A stretch of 64,000 bases of DNA from Gammaproteobacteria bacterium (GTDB lineage: Bacteria; Pseudomonadota; Gammaproteobacteria; Poriferisulfidales; Poriferisulfidaceae), in contig JAPONY010000055.1 in assembly GCA_026713705.1 (NCBI GenBank), positions 3,227-67,226 on the forward strand, read 5' to 3'. This document shows positions 1 through 9,432 of the stretch, in pieces. The notes beneath the pieces were generated by a model. It saw nothing but the letters and a program-made list of their open reading frames with translations, made no database searches and was not told where the DNA came from. The translations under genes were made by a program, and so were the position numbers. Position 1 is the first letter of the stretch. Every line of letters starts with the position of its first letter.

Positions 1-1
1 A

Positions 2-742
2 TCCGAAGCAGAAGGCCTCGTCCATCGGTCGCTTCGCGAGGGAGGGGCATTTGAAGCCCATGATCACGATGCCGGGGAAGGTCATGGAAATCACGAAAAA
101 GATGAACATTCGGATAGGGAAGAGCACCATGGTCATAAATCAGATGACGATCATGGACACCACGAGCACGGGAGTCATTCCGACGAAAGTGCGAGTGCCC
201 ACGAAGACAAGGAACATGCCGCTGTCGACCTGCATCTCTGGCTCGACCCAGTGAATGCGGGGGCGATGGTCCGCATGATCGCCGGCACTCTGTCGGAAGC
301 CGACCCTGCCAACGCCAAGACTTACACGGCCAATGCCGAGGCACTCCTCAATCGTCTGGATGACCTGATTGCGGAAATCGCCGAGGATGTGGCTCCAGTG
401 CGTGACAGGCCTTTCATAGTATTCCACGATGCCTATCGGCATTTCGAGGATCGTTTTGGCTTGACCGCAGTCGGCTCGGTCGTAGTGAGTGCAGAACAAA
501 CGCCGGGTGTCCGACGCATCATGGAACTGCGCGACAAGATCCATCAGCTCGGCGCGACCTGCGTATTTGCCGAGATTCAGTTCGAACCGCGCCTCGTCGA
601 CACGATTATCGAAGGTACCCAAGCGCAAGCAGGCGTCCTTGACCCTCTCGGTGCTACTGCTGAAAGCGGGCCCGGGGCATACTTCGACTTGATTCGCAAC
701 ATGGCCGCATCGTTTAAAAGTTGCCTGGCACCGGCAGGTTAG
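2..742 (+). CDS. znuA: Zinc ABC transporter substrate-binding protein ZnuA, 5'-truncated at window edge
   Basis: The frame is open from nt 2 with no in-frame stop; the track only reports it from the GTG at 251. It encodes a His/Asp/Glu-rich loop (DHDAGEGHGNHEKDEHSDREEHHGHKSDDDHGHHEHGSHSDES) followed by HLWLDP and FIVFHDAYRHFEDRFGL, which are ZnuA hallmarks. Confidence 0.8.
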   Translation, partial: SEAEGLVHRSLREGGAFEAHDHDAGEGHGNHEKDEHSDREEHHGHKSDDDHGHHEHGSHSDESASAHEDKEHAAVDLHLWLDPVNAGAMVRMIAGTLSEADPANAKTYTANAEALLNRLDDLIAEIAEDVAPVRDRPFIVFHDAYRHFEDRFGLTAVGSVVVSAEQTPGVRRIMELRDKIHQLGATCVFAEIQFEPRLVDTIIEGTQAQAGVLDPLGATAESGPGAYFDLIRNMAASFKSCLAPAG

Positions 743-858
743 AGCCCGAGAGAATATAGAGAAAAACCGGTTGGTTAACCCTCCGAGCTTGAACATCTGA
801 CGCTGGGTGGTCGGCTATACTTCCGACACGGGAAACAGTCAGAAATACAGGCAATAGT

Positions 859-1641
859 GTGAGCCGATTTTCAAGTCGCTACGGGCCTTGGGCTATTGTC
901 GCGGGCGCCTCGGAAGGGCTTGGGGCAGCATTTGCAAAGCAATTGGCAGCGAGAGAGATGAATCTCCTCCTGATTGCCCGGCAGGAGGAATTGCTCTCCA
1001 GCGTCGCGGAAGATCTCCAACACCAACACAAAATCGAAGTGCGGTGCCTGACCCAAGACCTCGCGGATACTGGGCTCGCTCAAATTCTTCAGGCAGCGAC
1101 AGCCGATCTCGAAATCGGAATCGTCGTCTACAACGCGGCCTACGTTCCGACGGGTCGGTTCGTCGACACGGACCCTGAAAGCCTGGAGAAGCTGATTCGG
1201 GTCAACGTTCAAGGTCCGGTGACGGCTGTCCGGACCTTGGCGCCTGCCATGTGTGAGCGGAACAGGGGTGCCATCATCCTGATGTCATCCTTGGCCGGTA
1301 TGCAGGGCGCCCCCGGAGTTGTCGGATACGCGGCAAGCAAGGCGTTCAACACTATCCTTGCCGAAGGGCTCTGGGATGAACTCGGAGAACAGAACATCGA
1401 TGTAGTCGTCTCGTGTGCCGGAGCCATGCTGACACCGGGTTATGAACGTACGTTCAATAGGGACGCCCCCGGCATGCTGGATCCTATGGACGTGGCGGAC
1501 CAGACACTGAAGGCATTGGGACGCGGCCCGCGCTTCATTCCCGGCTGGCTCAACCGGGCTGCGGCGACCCTCACGACTCGCCTGCTGCCTCGAAGGACCG
1601 CCATAAGCCTGATCGGCCGGTCCACTCGGCGTTTGCTATGA
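859..1641 (+). CDS. Short-chain dehydrogenase/reductase (SDR) family oxidoreductase
   Basis: N-terminal Rossmann motif GASEGLG, NAA motif, and catalytic YAASK (YxxxK). 260 aa. Its stop overlaps the next gene start (ATGA). Confidence 0.75.
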   Translation: MSRFSSRYGPWAIVAGASEGLGAAFAKQLAAREMNLLLIARQEELLSSVAEDLQHQHKIEVRCLTQDLADTGLAQILQAATADLEIGIVVYNAAYVPTGRFVDTDPESLEKLIRVNVQGPVTAVRTLAPAMCERNRGAIILMSSLAGMQGAPGVVGYAASKAFNTILAEGLWDELGEQNIDVVVSCAGAMLTPGYERTFNRDAPGMLDPMDVADQTLKALGRGPRFIPGWLNRAAATLTTRLLPRRTAISLIGRSTRRLL

Positions 1642-2723
1642 CCGAGCCCTTGCTCGGATTTTTTGCGCCCTGGGTCATTTTTGGCCTAATCCTGGGGCTT
1701 CAGGCTTTCGTGCCGGCTCGCCGGGTCGAAGGCTATGCCCGGGACGAGGCCTCGAACAAGCCAATCGTCTACCGGCTCAATGGACTCTCCGTCTTCCTGA
1801 TTGTCGTTGCCGCCTGGTTTGCGGCGGGGTACACGGGCGTGATGCCCTACGAGTGGCTTTGGGAACATCGCTGGAGCGGCTTGGCGGGCGCATTCGCCCT
1901 CGGTCTAATTGCTTCCGGCATTGCCATGGTGGGTGTGCCGGCCCGGTCGGCCTCCCGGCTCAAGGACTACTTTCTCGGACGAAGGGAAAACCCAAGCCTG
2001 GCAGGTGGCCGCGTAGACGCGAAGATGTACCTTTACGTGGCCGGTGCCATCCTTCTCGAGCTCAACTTGCTCTCATTCGCGGCGCACCATGTCCTGAGTT
2101 ATCCGACGGACCCTTCTCCGGGCGTGATCCTGTACATCTGCCTGTTCAGTTGGTTTGTCTGCGAATACCTGGTGTACGAACACGTCCATCTGTACACCTA
2201 CGACCTGTTTGCGGAACGGTTGGGTTTCAAACTCATCTGGGGCTGTCTCATGTTTTATCCGTACTGTTACGGGATGGGCTTGTGGGCGGTGGCCGATCTC
2301 GCCAACCCTCATTCACCGGCTTGGTACCTAGTTCTTTCAGCGGTGATTTTCTTTTCAGGCTGGATCTTCGCGCGCGGCGCGAACATGCAGAAATACTACT
2401 TCAAGCGAAATCCTTCGCATGTCTTTTTGGGGTTGTTCAAGCCTCAAAGCATCTCGGACGGAGAGCGGCAGGTGCTGTGCAGCGGCTTCTGGGGCTTGTC
2501 GCGGCACGTCAACTACCTGGGTGAAGTGTTGATGGCGACCGGCCTGACGCTTGCGCTGGGCTGGCCCTGGCTGATCGTGCCCTGGTTGTACCCGCTCTAT
2601 TACGTAGTGCTGCTGACCACGCGCGAACGGGACGATGACCGCCGATGCGAGGAAAAATACGGCGAACTATGGCATCGGTACCGGGAAAAAGTACCGCGGC
2701 GGATCGTGCCGTACATTTACTGA
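1638..2723 (+). CDS. ERG4/ERG24-type sterol reductase-like / DUF1295-like polytopic membrane protein
   Basis: Multiple hydrophobic helices. C-terminal signature GFWGLSRHVNYLGEVLMATGLTLALGW matches the sterol-reductase/7-DHCR family motif (LSRHxNYxGE). Translationally coupled to the upstream SDR. Confidence 0.55.
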   Translation: MTEPLLGFFAPWVIFGLILGLQAFVPARRVEGYARDEASNKPIVYRLNGLSVFLIVVAAWFAAGYTGVMPYEWLWEHRWSGLAGAFALGLIASGIAMVGVPARSASRLKDYFLGRRENPSLAGGRVDAKMYLYVAGAILLELNLLSFAAHHVLSYPTDPSPGVILYICLFSWFVCEYLVYEHVHLYTYDLFAERLGFKLIWGCLMFYPYCYGMGLWAVADLANPHSPAWYLVLSAVIFFSGWIFARGANMQKYYFKRNPSHVFLGLFKPQSISDGERQVLCSGFWGLSRHVNYLGEVLMATGLTLALGWPWLIVPWLYPLYYVVLLTTRERDDDRRCEEKYGELWHRYREKVPRRIVPYIY

Positions 2724-2748
2724 CCGGAGAGTTTCGGGCATCTTCGAT

Positions 2749-4002
2749 TCAATCCAGGTCGGCAGGGTCTGCGACCTCCTTCTTGTTTTTCATTTTTTTC
2801 TGCTGCCAAAGTTCCAGCAGGGGGGCTTGGATCAGTACCGAGAAGAGCACTACCCCGAAGCCGATGGATTCAATGGTCCACCAGTATTCAAGCTCGATCG
2901 GCACACTCAGCGCCAACCCGATGGTGACGGCACCGCGGGCGTTGCTGAAATACAGGATGTTGTGATTCGGCAGCTTCTTCAATGCCTTGTTCGTCCGGGC
3001 CAGCAGTGGCATGACGAGGGCAAGCCCGGCGATGCGGGCCAGGATGACTGCGCCGATACCGATCAGGATCGCCAGGTAGCGGTCGGAGAATATGTCGACC
3101 GCGATGCTCAACCCGAGCATCAGGAATAGCAGGGATTCGGCCAGAGTGGCCATGAGGCGCCAGAATTCGTCCACGAAATGATCCTGTGGAGCATCCAGAT
3201 CCTGGTGCATGGTTCGGCCCATGATCAGCGCCGTCGCCAGCACGGACAGGACGCCGGAGACATTGAGCACGTACTCCGCGACCAGGTAGGCCATGTAAGC
3301 GGTCACCAGGGTGAACAGGGCCACTTCGTGAGGAGAGGGTTGGCGCACCCGGAGGAAGATCAGCGCGAAGAAGCCGATGCCGATCCCGACAATGGCGCCG
3401 CCGACCACCTCCCAGGCGATGTACAACGCAATTTCCTGTGCCCCTAAAGTCAGGTCGGGCTCTAGGGCGAACGCCAGCAGCAGGGTGAACAGCACAATGC
3501 TGAATGCGTTGTTCAGCAAACTCTCGCCTCTGATCAGCGTGCGCAGGTCCGAGGGCAGATTCAGATGTATGAACACCTGCTGGAGAGCCTGGCTGTGGGT
3601 GGCGATCAGCATGGTGCCGGTCAGGAGGGCCGCGATCCACGGGAACCCGGTGGGGTGACCCATGCCGTAATAGATCAATACGGTGGTGAACACCAGAGAA
3701 ATCAGTGCCAGCGGCATCGCCAGCAGGATGATGCCGAACAGGTTCCGCCCGAAGCTCGGAGCGTCCATGCTGTAGGCCGCGGAGAAGATCAGGACTGGCA
3801 GGAAAACGTAGAAGACCAAGTCACGCAATATGCCGCTGTGGAGGCCCAGCTGGTCGGCATCGACCAGTTGGCTGCCGAAGGCGAAGCCCAGAAGCAGGAG
3901 CAGTGCCTCGAATGGAAACCTCAGGTGGCTGGCGAGAGGTTTCAGCACCAAGCCCAGGAGCAGCAGGCCCGCGAGGCTCGAAATCAGCAAAACCAGTTCC
4001 AT
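2749..4002 (-). CDS. nhaP: Na+/H+ antiporter, CPA1 (NhaP-type) family
   Basis: About 12 TM helices, start MELVLLISSLAGLLLLG. Resembles CPA1 exchangers. The track ORF extends 115 aa upstream (to 4347) through the neighbouring gene and is not credible there; the ATG at 4002 follows the stop of the upstream gene by 8 nt. Confidence 0.65.
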   Translation of the reverse strand: MELVLLISSLAGLLLLGLVLKPLASHLRFPFEALLLLLGFAFGSQLVDADQLGLHSGILRDLVFYVFLPVLIFSAAYSMDAPSFGRNLFGIILLAMPLALISLVFTTVLIYYGMGHPTGFPWIAALLTGTMLIATHSQALQQVFIHLNLPSDLRTLIRGESLLNNAFSIVLFTLLLAFALEPDLTLGAQEIALYIAWEVVGGAIVGIGIGFFALIFLRVRQPSPHEVALFTLVTAYMAYLVAEYVLNVSGVLSVLATALIMGRTMHQDLDAPQDHFVDEFWRLMATLAESLLFLMLGLSIAVDIFSDRYLAILIGIGAVILARIAGLALVMPLLARTNKALKKLPNHNILYFSNARGAVTIGLALSVPIELEYWWTIESIGFGVVLFSVLIQAPLLELWQQKKMKNKKEVADPADLD

Positions 4003-4010
4003 GGGCGAAT

Positions 4011-5522
4011 TCAGGCGGCCCGGACGGGCATGGGATAGAGTTTGTGGAGCGAGATGCTCAAGCCGTTGGGCTGCACGATGCGCGCATGGGTCCGGTTCAG
4101 TGCGCGCGGGTGGGGCACGCCGCAGGAATGGGCGATCATGGCGACTTCCGCTTCCATGTTGCGGGCCAGGTGGGCGACCCGGACGGCCTTGTCCGTCGGG
4201 TTCAGGCCCTGTTGCAGCCGTGGGTTGTGCGTGGTGACGCCGGTCGGGCAGGTATTGCGGTTGCACTGCATGGCCTGGATGCAGCCGAGTGCGAACATGA
4301 ACGCGCGTGCCGAACAGATGAAGTCCGCCCCCAGGCACAGTGCCCAAGCCACGTCAGAAGGGTTGACTTGTTTGCCGGACGCGATGATGCGGATGCGCTC
4401 GCGCAGGCCGCTCTGCTCCAGGCGGTCGACAACCATCGGTAGACTCTCGCGCAGCGGCAGCCCGACCGCGTCGAGCAGCGGCATGGGTGCGGCGCCGCTG
4501 CCGCCGTCGCAGCCGTCGATGGTGATGAAGTCGGGCGCAGAGGCCGGGCCCCGTTTCAGGATTTCCTCGACCCAGTCGTCCAGCACCCGCTCGGACCCGA
4601 CCACGGTCTTGAAGCCGACCGGCTTGCCGGTCAGGTCGCGCACCCGGGCCACCATGTCCAGCAACTGCGCGGGGTTGGCAACCTCGAGGTGCCGGCGCGG
4701 GCTGATCGAGGTCCGGCCTTCCGGGATGCCGCGGATGCGGGCGATTTCCGCGGTCACCTTGACACCCGGCAGGATCCCCCCGAAGCCGGGCTTGGCACCC
4801 TGGGAGAGCTTGATCTCGAACATGCGGATGTTCGGATTTTCGCCCAGTTCACGCAGGCGCGCCTTCGACAGGTCGCCGTGTTCGTCGCGCACGCCGTACT
4901 TGGCGGTGCCGATCTGAAAGACCAGGTCGCAGCCACCTTCCAAATGGTAGGGTGCCAGCCCGCCCTCGCCGGTGTTGAGCCAGCATCCCGCCCGAGCCGC
5001 GCCGCGCGACAGCGCCTGGACGGCAACATTCGAGATGGCGCCGTAGCTCATGGCCGAGATGTGGAAGAAGTGTTCGCTGGAGTAGGGTTCGGAGGTGTCC
5101 GGGCCGATGACCAGAGGAGGGCACTGGGCATCCTTCTGGCTGAGGTCAGGATAAGGGTCGTTGACGAACAGGACCGTGCCGGGGCGCGTCAAATCCCGGG
5201 TCGAGCCGAAAGGCAGCGTGTTGGTGATATTCTTGCTGGCGCGGTAGGCCCAGGAGCGTTGCGCCCGGTTGAACGGCATCTCTTCGCGATCTTGGGCGAA
5301 GAAGTACTGGCGGAAGAATTCGCCCAGATGCTCGAACCAGTACCGGAAACGGCCGATGACGGGATAGTTGCGGCGCACCGCATGGCGGGTCTGCGTGACG
5401 TCGACGATGTAGAGCATCATCGCGACCAGGATCAGCACCCCGATGCCGAACAGCAAGACCGAGGCCAGCAGGTCCACTGCGCCCAGCAGCAGATCCATAG
5501 AGACCGGTGTGATTTCTGTCAT
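4011..5522 (-). CDS. FMN-binding glutamate synthase family protein (GltB domain-2-like)
   Basis: N-terminal TM segment. Central conserved block GEGGLAPYHLEGGCDLVFQIGTAKYGV...ITIDGCDGGSGAAP and CNRNTCPTGVTT, typical of glutamate synthase large-subunit FMN/Fe-S domain homologs. Confidence 0.7.
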   Translation of the reverse strand: MTEITPVSMDLLLGAVDLLASVLLFGIGVLILVAMMLYIVDVTQTRHAVRRNYPVIGRFRYWFEHLGEFFRQYFFAQDREEMPFNRAQRSWAYRASKNITNTLPFGSTRDLTRPGTVLFVNDPYPDLSQKDAQCPPLVIGPDTSEPYSSEHFFHISAMSYGAISNVAVQALSRGAARAGCWLNTGEGGLAPYHLEGGCDLVFQIGTAKYGVRDEHGDLSKARLRELGENPNIRMFEIKLSQGAKPGFGGILPGVKVTAEIARIRGIPEGRTSISPRRHLEVANPAQLLDMVARVRDLTGKPVGFKTVVGSERVLDDWVEEILKRGPASAPDFITIDGCDGGSGAAPMPLLDAVGLPLRESLPMVVDRLEQSGLRERIRIIASGKQVNPSDVAWALCLGADFICSARAFMFALGCIQAMQCNRNTCPTGVTTHNPRLQQGLNPTDKAVRVAHLARNMEAEVAMIAHSCGVPHPRALNRTHARIVQPNGLSISLHKLYPMPVRAA

Positions 5523-5579
5523 CCGCGCCTCCTAGTGGGAGTTACAAAGGGGCGGCATTCGTCAGACTACCTCTGATTA

Positions 5580-8500
5580 CTAGTGTAGCACCGAGAGTGC
5601 CAGTTCCTGCGCCCTGCGCAGGTCTGGTTTGCCGCTGCCGAGAAGCGGCAGGGCCTCGACCGGCAGGATCAGCCGGGGGCGCGCCAATTCCCCCACTCCC
5701 TGTTCGCCCAGGGCCTGCCTCAGCTGGCCTCGGTCCGGTTCCGGATGCTCGGTAATCAGGACCAACTGTTCCCCGCGGGTCGGGTGGTCGATCGCGCAGA
5801 CGATGTGGCGGGATTCCGGCCAGACTTCGCTGACCTGTTGCTCCACATAGGCGAGCGATATCATCTCGCCGCCGATCTTGGCGAATCGCTTGGCCCGCCC
5901 GTGCAGGCTCAGGAACCCGTCATCGTCGAATTCGGCGACATCGCCGGTGTCGTGCCAGCCGTCCTCCGGCGGTGTCAGAAGCCGACTTTCCCCCGGCAGC
6001 CAGTAGCCGGACATCACGTTCGGGCCGCGCAGGAACAATCGGCCGCGGGTGGAGTCGGCGCTGTCCTGGGAATCGTCCAGCGGTTCCAGGCGCGCCTCGA
6101 TTTCCGGCATCAGGCGGCCGACCGACCCAGGCCGATTGCATGCCAATGTATTGACACTGACTGCGGGGGAAGTCTCGGTCACCCCGTAGCCCTCGTGGAC
6201 CGTCAGCCCGAAGCGTTCCTGCCAGAATTTCCGGGTGCTTGACTTGAGCGGTTCGGCTCCCGCCACGATCAGGTGCAAACTTTGCAAGTCTTCCCGGTCT
6301 GCCGCCTGTCCGTAACCGTTCAGGAACGTGTCGGTGGAGAAGAACACGGTAATGCCGAGCTTGCGGATCAGTTCGGGGATCTGCTTGTAATGCAGCGGAC
6401 TGGGATACAGGGTGCAGCGCAATCCCGACATCAGTGGCAGCAGCAGGCCGACGCCCAGGGCGAACGAGTGGAAGGTCGGAAGGCACAGCAGCAAATGATC
6501 CTCGGGAGTCAGGTCGAGCACCGCGCGGACCTGGCAGCGATTGCGCTGCAGGTTGCGGTGGCTCAGCACCACGCCCTTGGGCTCGCCCTCCGATCCGGAA
6601 GTGAACAGCACCACGGCAGGGTCCGAGGCATCTCCGCCCGCCGGCATGCGCACGGCGCGCCAGGCAGCGAGAAGCTTCATGCCGAGACTCAGTTCCGACC
6701 TCAGGTCTTCCAGCCACACCAGGGTGTAGTCCTTGGCGAGAGCATCGGCCAGATCTCCAAGATCGGCCTTTTCAATGAATCGGCGGGAGGTCACGATGTG
6801 GGTGAGCCCTGCGGTGCGGCAGGCGCTGGCGAGATTGGACGGCCCAGCGGTGTAGTTGAGCATGACCGGGATGCGGTGCAGCGCATGCAGGGCGAAGAAG
6901 GTGATCGGCGTGGCGACGGCATTCGGCAACAGGATGCCGACCGTGTCTTGCGTCTTCGGCAAGGCGCGTTCAAGCAGTTGGGCGACGGCGTGGGCCGCCC
7001 GCAGCAGTTGGCGATAGGTCAAGGTCCGCTCCAGATCGGCCAGAATGGAGCGATTGCCTCCAAGTCTCTGGACGGCCCCATACAGGGATTGCAGCGTCGT
7101 GCACTCCTTGCTGTGCATCCGGTATTCCAGCTCGCACAGCAGGTCGTAGATCTTCAAGGCGTCACGGCGGGTGGTTCCGGGCTCGTCGGCTGCACGGGGC
7201 GGCAACGGACAACTCTCGAATCCCACCCGGATGCGCGGGTAGAAGCGGGGCATGTAGAGCTCCGGGTCACTGACGTGCGCAACTTCAACGGGTCGGCCCG
7301 AACGCTGCCGGGCGATCTGCATCAGTTCGAGCAGCGAGGCCTGACCTTCCGGGCCGGCCGAAGGGAGGATCAGCGTGACATGCGAAGGCTCATCCTCGCC
7401 CCCTGGCCATTGGGAATCCAGGGCGGAGGGATTCAGCGGTCTCAGGCGAACCCAGCAGGCCAGCAGTCGCAGGCTTGCGCGGCGCAGCAGCGAGGGCTCG
7501 AGATAGATTTCAAGCTTGCCGGGAATGGTTGCCGCAAGGGCCCAGGCGGCCCATGCGCTCCCCCGGCGGACGAACACCAGCGAACCGGGTGGCGGTGTCT
7601 CCGAGGTCAGCGTGACCGATGCAACCGGCCAAAGCAGGATATGGCGGAAACTGCCCTGCGTGATATGCAGCAGGATCAGGGCCGTCGCGGCTGCGGTGGT
7701 GGCCATGGCCAGCCACACGGTGACGATCGTGCCGCCGGACTGGAAGATGACGATGGACCCCACCGAGGCCAGCGCCATGAAGATGGAGTTGAGGATGTTG
7801 TTGCAGGCGATGATCCGTGCACGCCGTTCTTCCGGCGCGCGCTGCTGCACCATGGTGTACAGGGGCGTGACGTAGAAGCCTCCTGCCACGGCAACTGCCA
7901 GCAGGATTCCGAGAGTCGTCACGGCTTGCGGATCTTCCAGCAACGCATCGAATCCGCGAAGCGGAACTTCGGCCGGAGGGACGAGGCCGAGCAGTACGAA
8001 TCCGGCCCCGAGGCCCGCTGCGGCCAGCGGTGCCCAGGTCGCCCGAGCCGTGCCTCCGAGCCAGCGATTGCAAAGCAAGGCACCAAGACCGATCCCGACG
8101 GTGAAGATCGCGAGCGCCCCGGCCAACGCCTGCTCGTTGCCGGCCAGGACATCCCGGACGAACAGGGGCAGCTGTATAAGCAGGCCCACCCCGATCATCC
8201 AGAACCAACTGATGGAGAGCATCAGCCAGGCCAGACGCGGCTGGTTCAGGCCTTCGCGCAGGATTCGCGAGGTTTCGCTGAATGGCTCGAAAGAGAGTCG
8301 CAACGCAGTGTTGCCGGAAGGTTGCGCCGGAATCCGGTGGCTCGCCAGATAGCCTGCAGCGGCACTGACCACCAGGATGCCAGGCACCCAGAGGGAGGCG
8401 TCGGGGACGCCCATCAGAAGAGTGCCGGTCAGGCTTCCGGCAAGGATGGAGATGAACGTGCCAACTGCCACCCAGGCATTGCCGGCCAGCAGTTCGGCTC

Positions 8501-8915
8501 GGGGCAACAGGTTCGGCAGGATGGCATATTTCACTGGCCCGAACAGGGCGGATTGCAGTCCGGTCAGGAACAGGATCGCGAACAGGAAACCGACCGACCC
8601 GGTGACGAAGCCGATCCAAGTCAGCGCCATCAGGGCGCACTCCGCCAGTTTGATGTGCTGGATCAGCCGGTGGCGGGGAAAGTGATCGGCCAGTTTCCCC
8701 CCTAGGGCGGAAAAAAGCAGGAAGGGAAGCAGGAATACGCCTGCGGAAGCGGCAACCAATTCTTCGCTGCCGAACCCGGCCAGTTCGGTGATGCGGTAGG
8801 TGATCAGAACGACCAGCGCGTTACGGAAGACGTTGTCGTTGTAGGCCCCGGTCAGTTGGGTGAAGAAAAAAGGCCCGAGCCGTCGTGTCAGCAGCAGACG
8901 GAAAGTCGAGGACAT
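5580..8915 (-). CDS. aas: Tri-domain fusion: MFS lysophospholipid transporter (LplT-like) + 1-acyl-glycerol-3-phosphate acyltransferase domain + acyl-ACP/CoA synthetase (AMP-binding) domain (Aas-like)
   Basis: The N-terminal ~400 aa has 12 TM helices in an MFS pattern. The middle has a PlsC-type acyltransferase region. The C-terminus has AMP-binding motifs (FTSGSEGEPKGVVLSHRNL, GYGVTETSP, GRAKRFAKIGGEMISL). 1111 aa, close to LplT plus Aas of E. coli combined. Confidence 0.7.
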   Translation of the reverse strand: MSSTFRLLLTRRLGPFFFTQLTGAYNDNVFRNALVVLITYRITELAGFGSEELVAASAGVFLLPFLLFSALGGKLADHFPRHRLIQHIKLAECALMALTWIGFVTGSVGFLFAILFLTGLQSALFGPVKYAILPNLLPRAELLAGNAWVAVGTFISILAGSLTGTLLMGVPDASLWVPGILVVSAAAGYLASHRIPAQPSGNTALRLSFEPFSETSRILREGLNQPRLAWLMLSISWFWMIGVGLLIQLPLFVRDVLAGNEQALAGALAIFTVGIGLGALLCNRWLGGTARATWAPLAAAGLGAGFVLLGLVPPAEVPLRGFDALLEDPQAVTTLGILLAVAVAGGFYVTPLYTMVQQRAPEERRARIIACNNILNSIFMALASVGSIVIFQSGGTIVTVWLAMATTAAATALILLHITQGSFRHILLWPVASVTLTSETPPPGSLVFVRRGSAWAAWALAATIPGKLEIYLEPSLLRRASLRLLACWVRLRPLNPSALDSQWPGGEDEPSHVTLILPSAGPEGQASLLELMQIARQRSGRPVEVAHVSDPELYMPRFYPRIRVGFESCPLPPRAADEPGTTRRDALKIYDLLCELEYRMHSKECTTLQSLYGAVQRLGGNRSILADLERTLTYRQLLRAAHAVAQLLERALPKTQDTVGILLPNAVATPITFFALHALHRIPVMLNYTAGPSNLASACRTAGLTHIVTSRRFIEKADLGDLADALAKDYTLVWLEDLRSELSLGMKLLAAWRAVRMPAGGDASDPAVVLFTSGSEGEPKGVVLSHRNLQRNRCQVRAVLDLTPEDHLLLCLPTFHSFALGVGLLLPLMSGLRCTLYPSPLHYKQIPELIRKLGITVFFSTDTFLNGYGQAADREDLQSLHLIVAGAEPLKSSTRKFWQERFGLTVHEGYGVTETSPAVSVNTLACNRPGSVGRLMPEIEARLEPLDDSQDSADSTRGRLFLRGPNVMSGYWLPGESRLLTPPEDGWHDTGDVAEFDDDGFLSLHGRAKRFAKIGGEMISLAYVEQQVSEVWPESRHIVCAIDHPTRGEQLVLITEHPEPDRGQLRQALGEQGVGELARPRLILPVEALPLLGSGKPDLRRAQELALSVLH

Positions 8916-8930
8916 GGGCGGACGTCTGGA

Positions 8931-9401
8931 TTACAGTTGGGTCGGATTCTCAGCGTCGCCGTAGACTTCCTCAGGGTCGAAAGTTTTCTCGCGTTCCAAG
9001 TTCTCCAGCGCCTGCCCGGCCGAGTCCCCCGTCGGCACCTTCCGGTAGAAACAGGATCGGTAGCCGACGTGGCAGCTGGCGCCGGAGCCCTCCACCGTCA
9101 CGCGCATCCAGACCGTGTCCTGGTCGTCGTCGATGCGCAGTTCGCGCACCTTTTGCACCAATCCGCTGGTGGCACCCTTATGCCACAGGCACTGGCGGCT
9201 GCGGCTGTAATACCAAGCCTCGCCGCTTCGGATGGTTCGTTCCAGCGCCTCGGCGTTCTGATACGCGACCATCAGCACTTCGCCGGACTCGTAATCGGTG
9301 GTGACGACAGGAATCAGGCCGTTCTCATCGAACTTCGGAGCCAATTGATCGCCTTCTTCGACCTGCTCGACACTCTCCCGCGGAGAAAATAATGAAGCCA
9401 T
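8931..9401 (-). CDS. hisI: Phosphoribosyl-AMP cyclohydrolase (monofunctional HisI)
   Basis: 156 aa. Conserved HisI core ([46 protein letters not shown], metal-binding C..C/H region). Confidence 0.8.
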   Translation of the reverse strand: MASLFSPRESVEQVEEGDQLAPKFDENGLIPVVTTDYESGEVLMVAYQNAEALERTIRSGEAWYYSRSRQCLWHKGATSGLVQKVRELRIDDDQDTVWMRVTVEGSGASCHVGYRSCFYRKVPTGDSAGQALENLEREKTFDPEEVYGDAENPTQL

Positions 9402-9432
9402 GTTGTAAAGAAAAACTTTTGAACGATACAGT

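Noticed and set aside
4003-4347. Upstream extension of the NhaP ORF (track start 4347)
   Set aside because: The 115-aa extension is Pro/Arg/Gly-rich and overlaps the 3' end of the GltB-like gene. The ATG at 4002 gives a normal antiporter N-terminus 8 nt after the upstream stop.
6273-8705. 810-aa ORF on + strand
   Set aside because: It is antisense to the LplT-Aas gene. It has Arg/Gly/Gln-rich low-complexity translation typical of shadow ORFs in high-GC DNA and no motifs.
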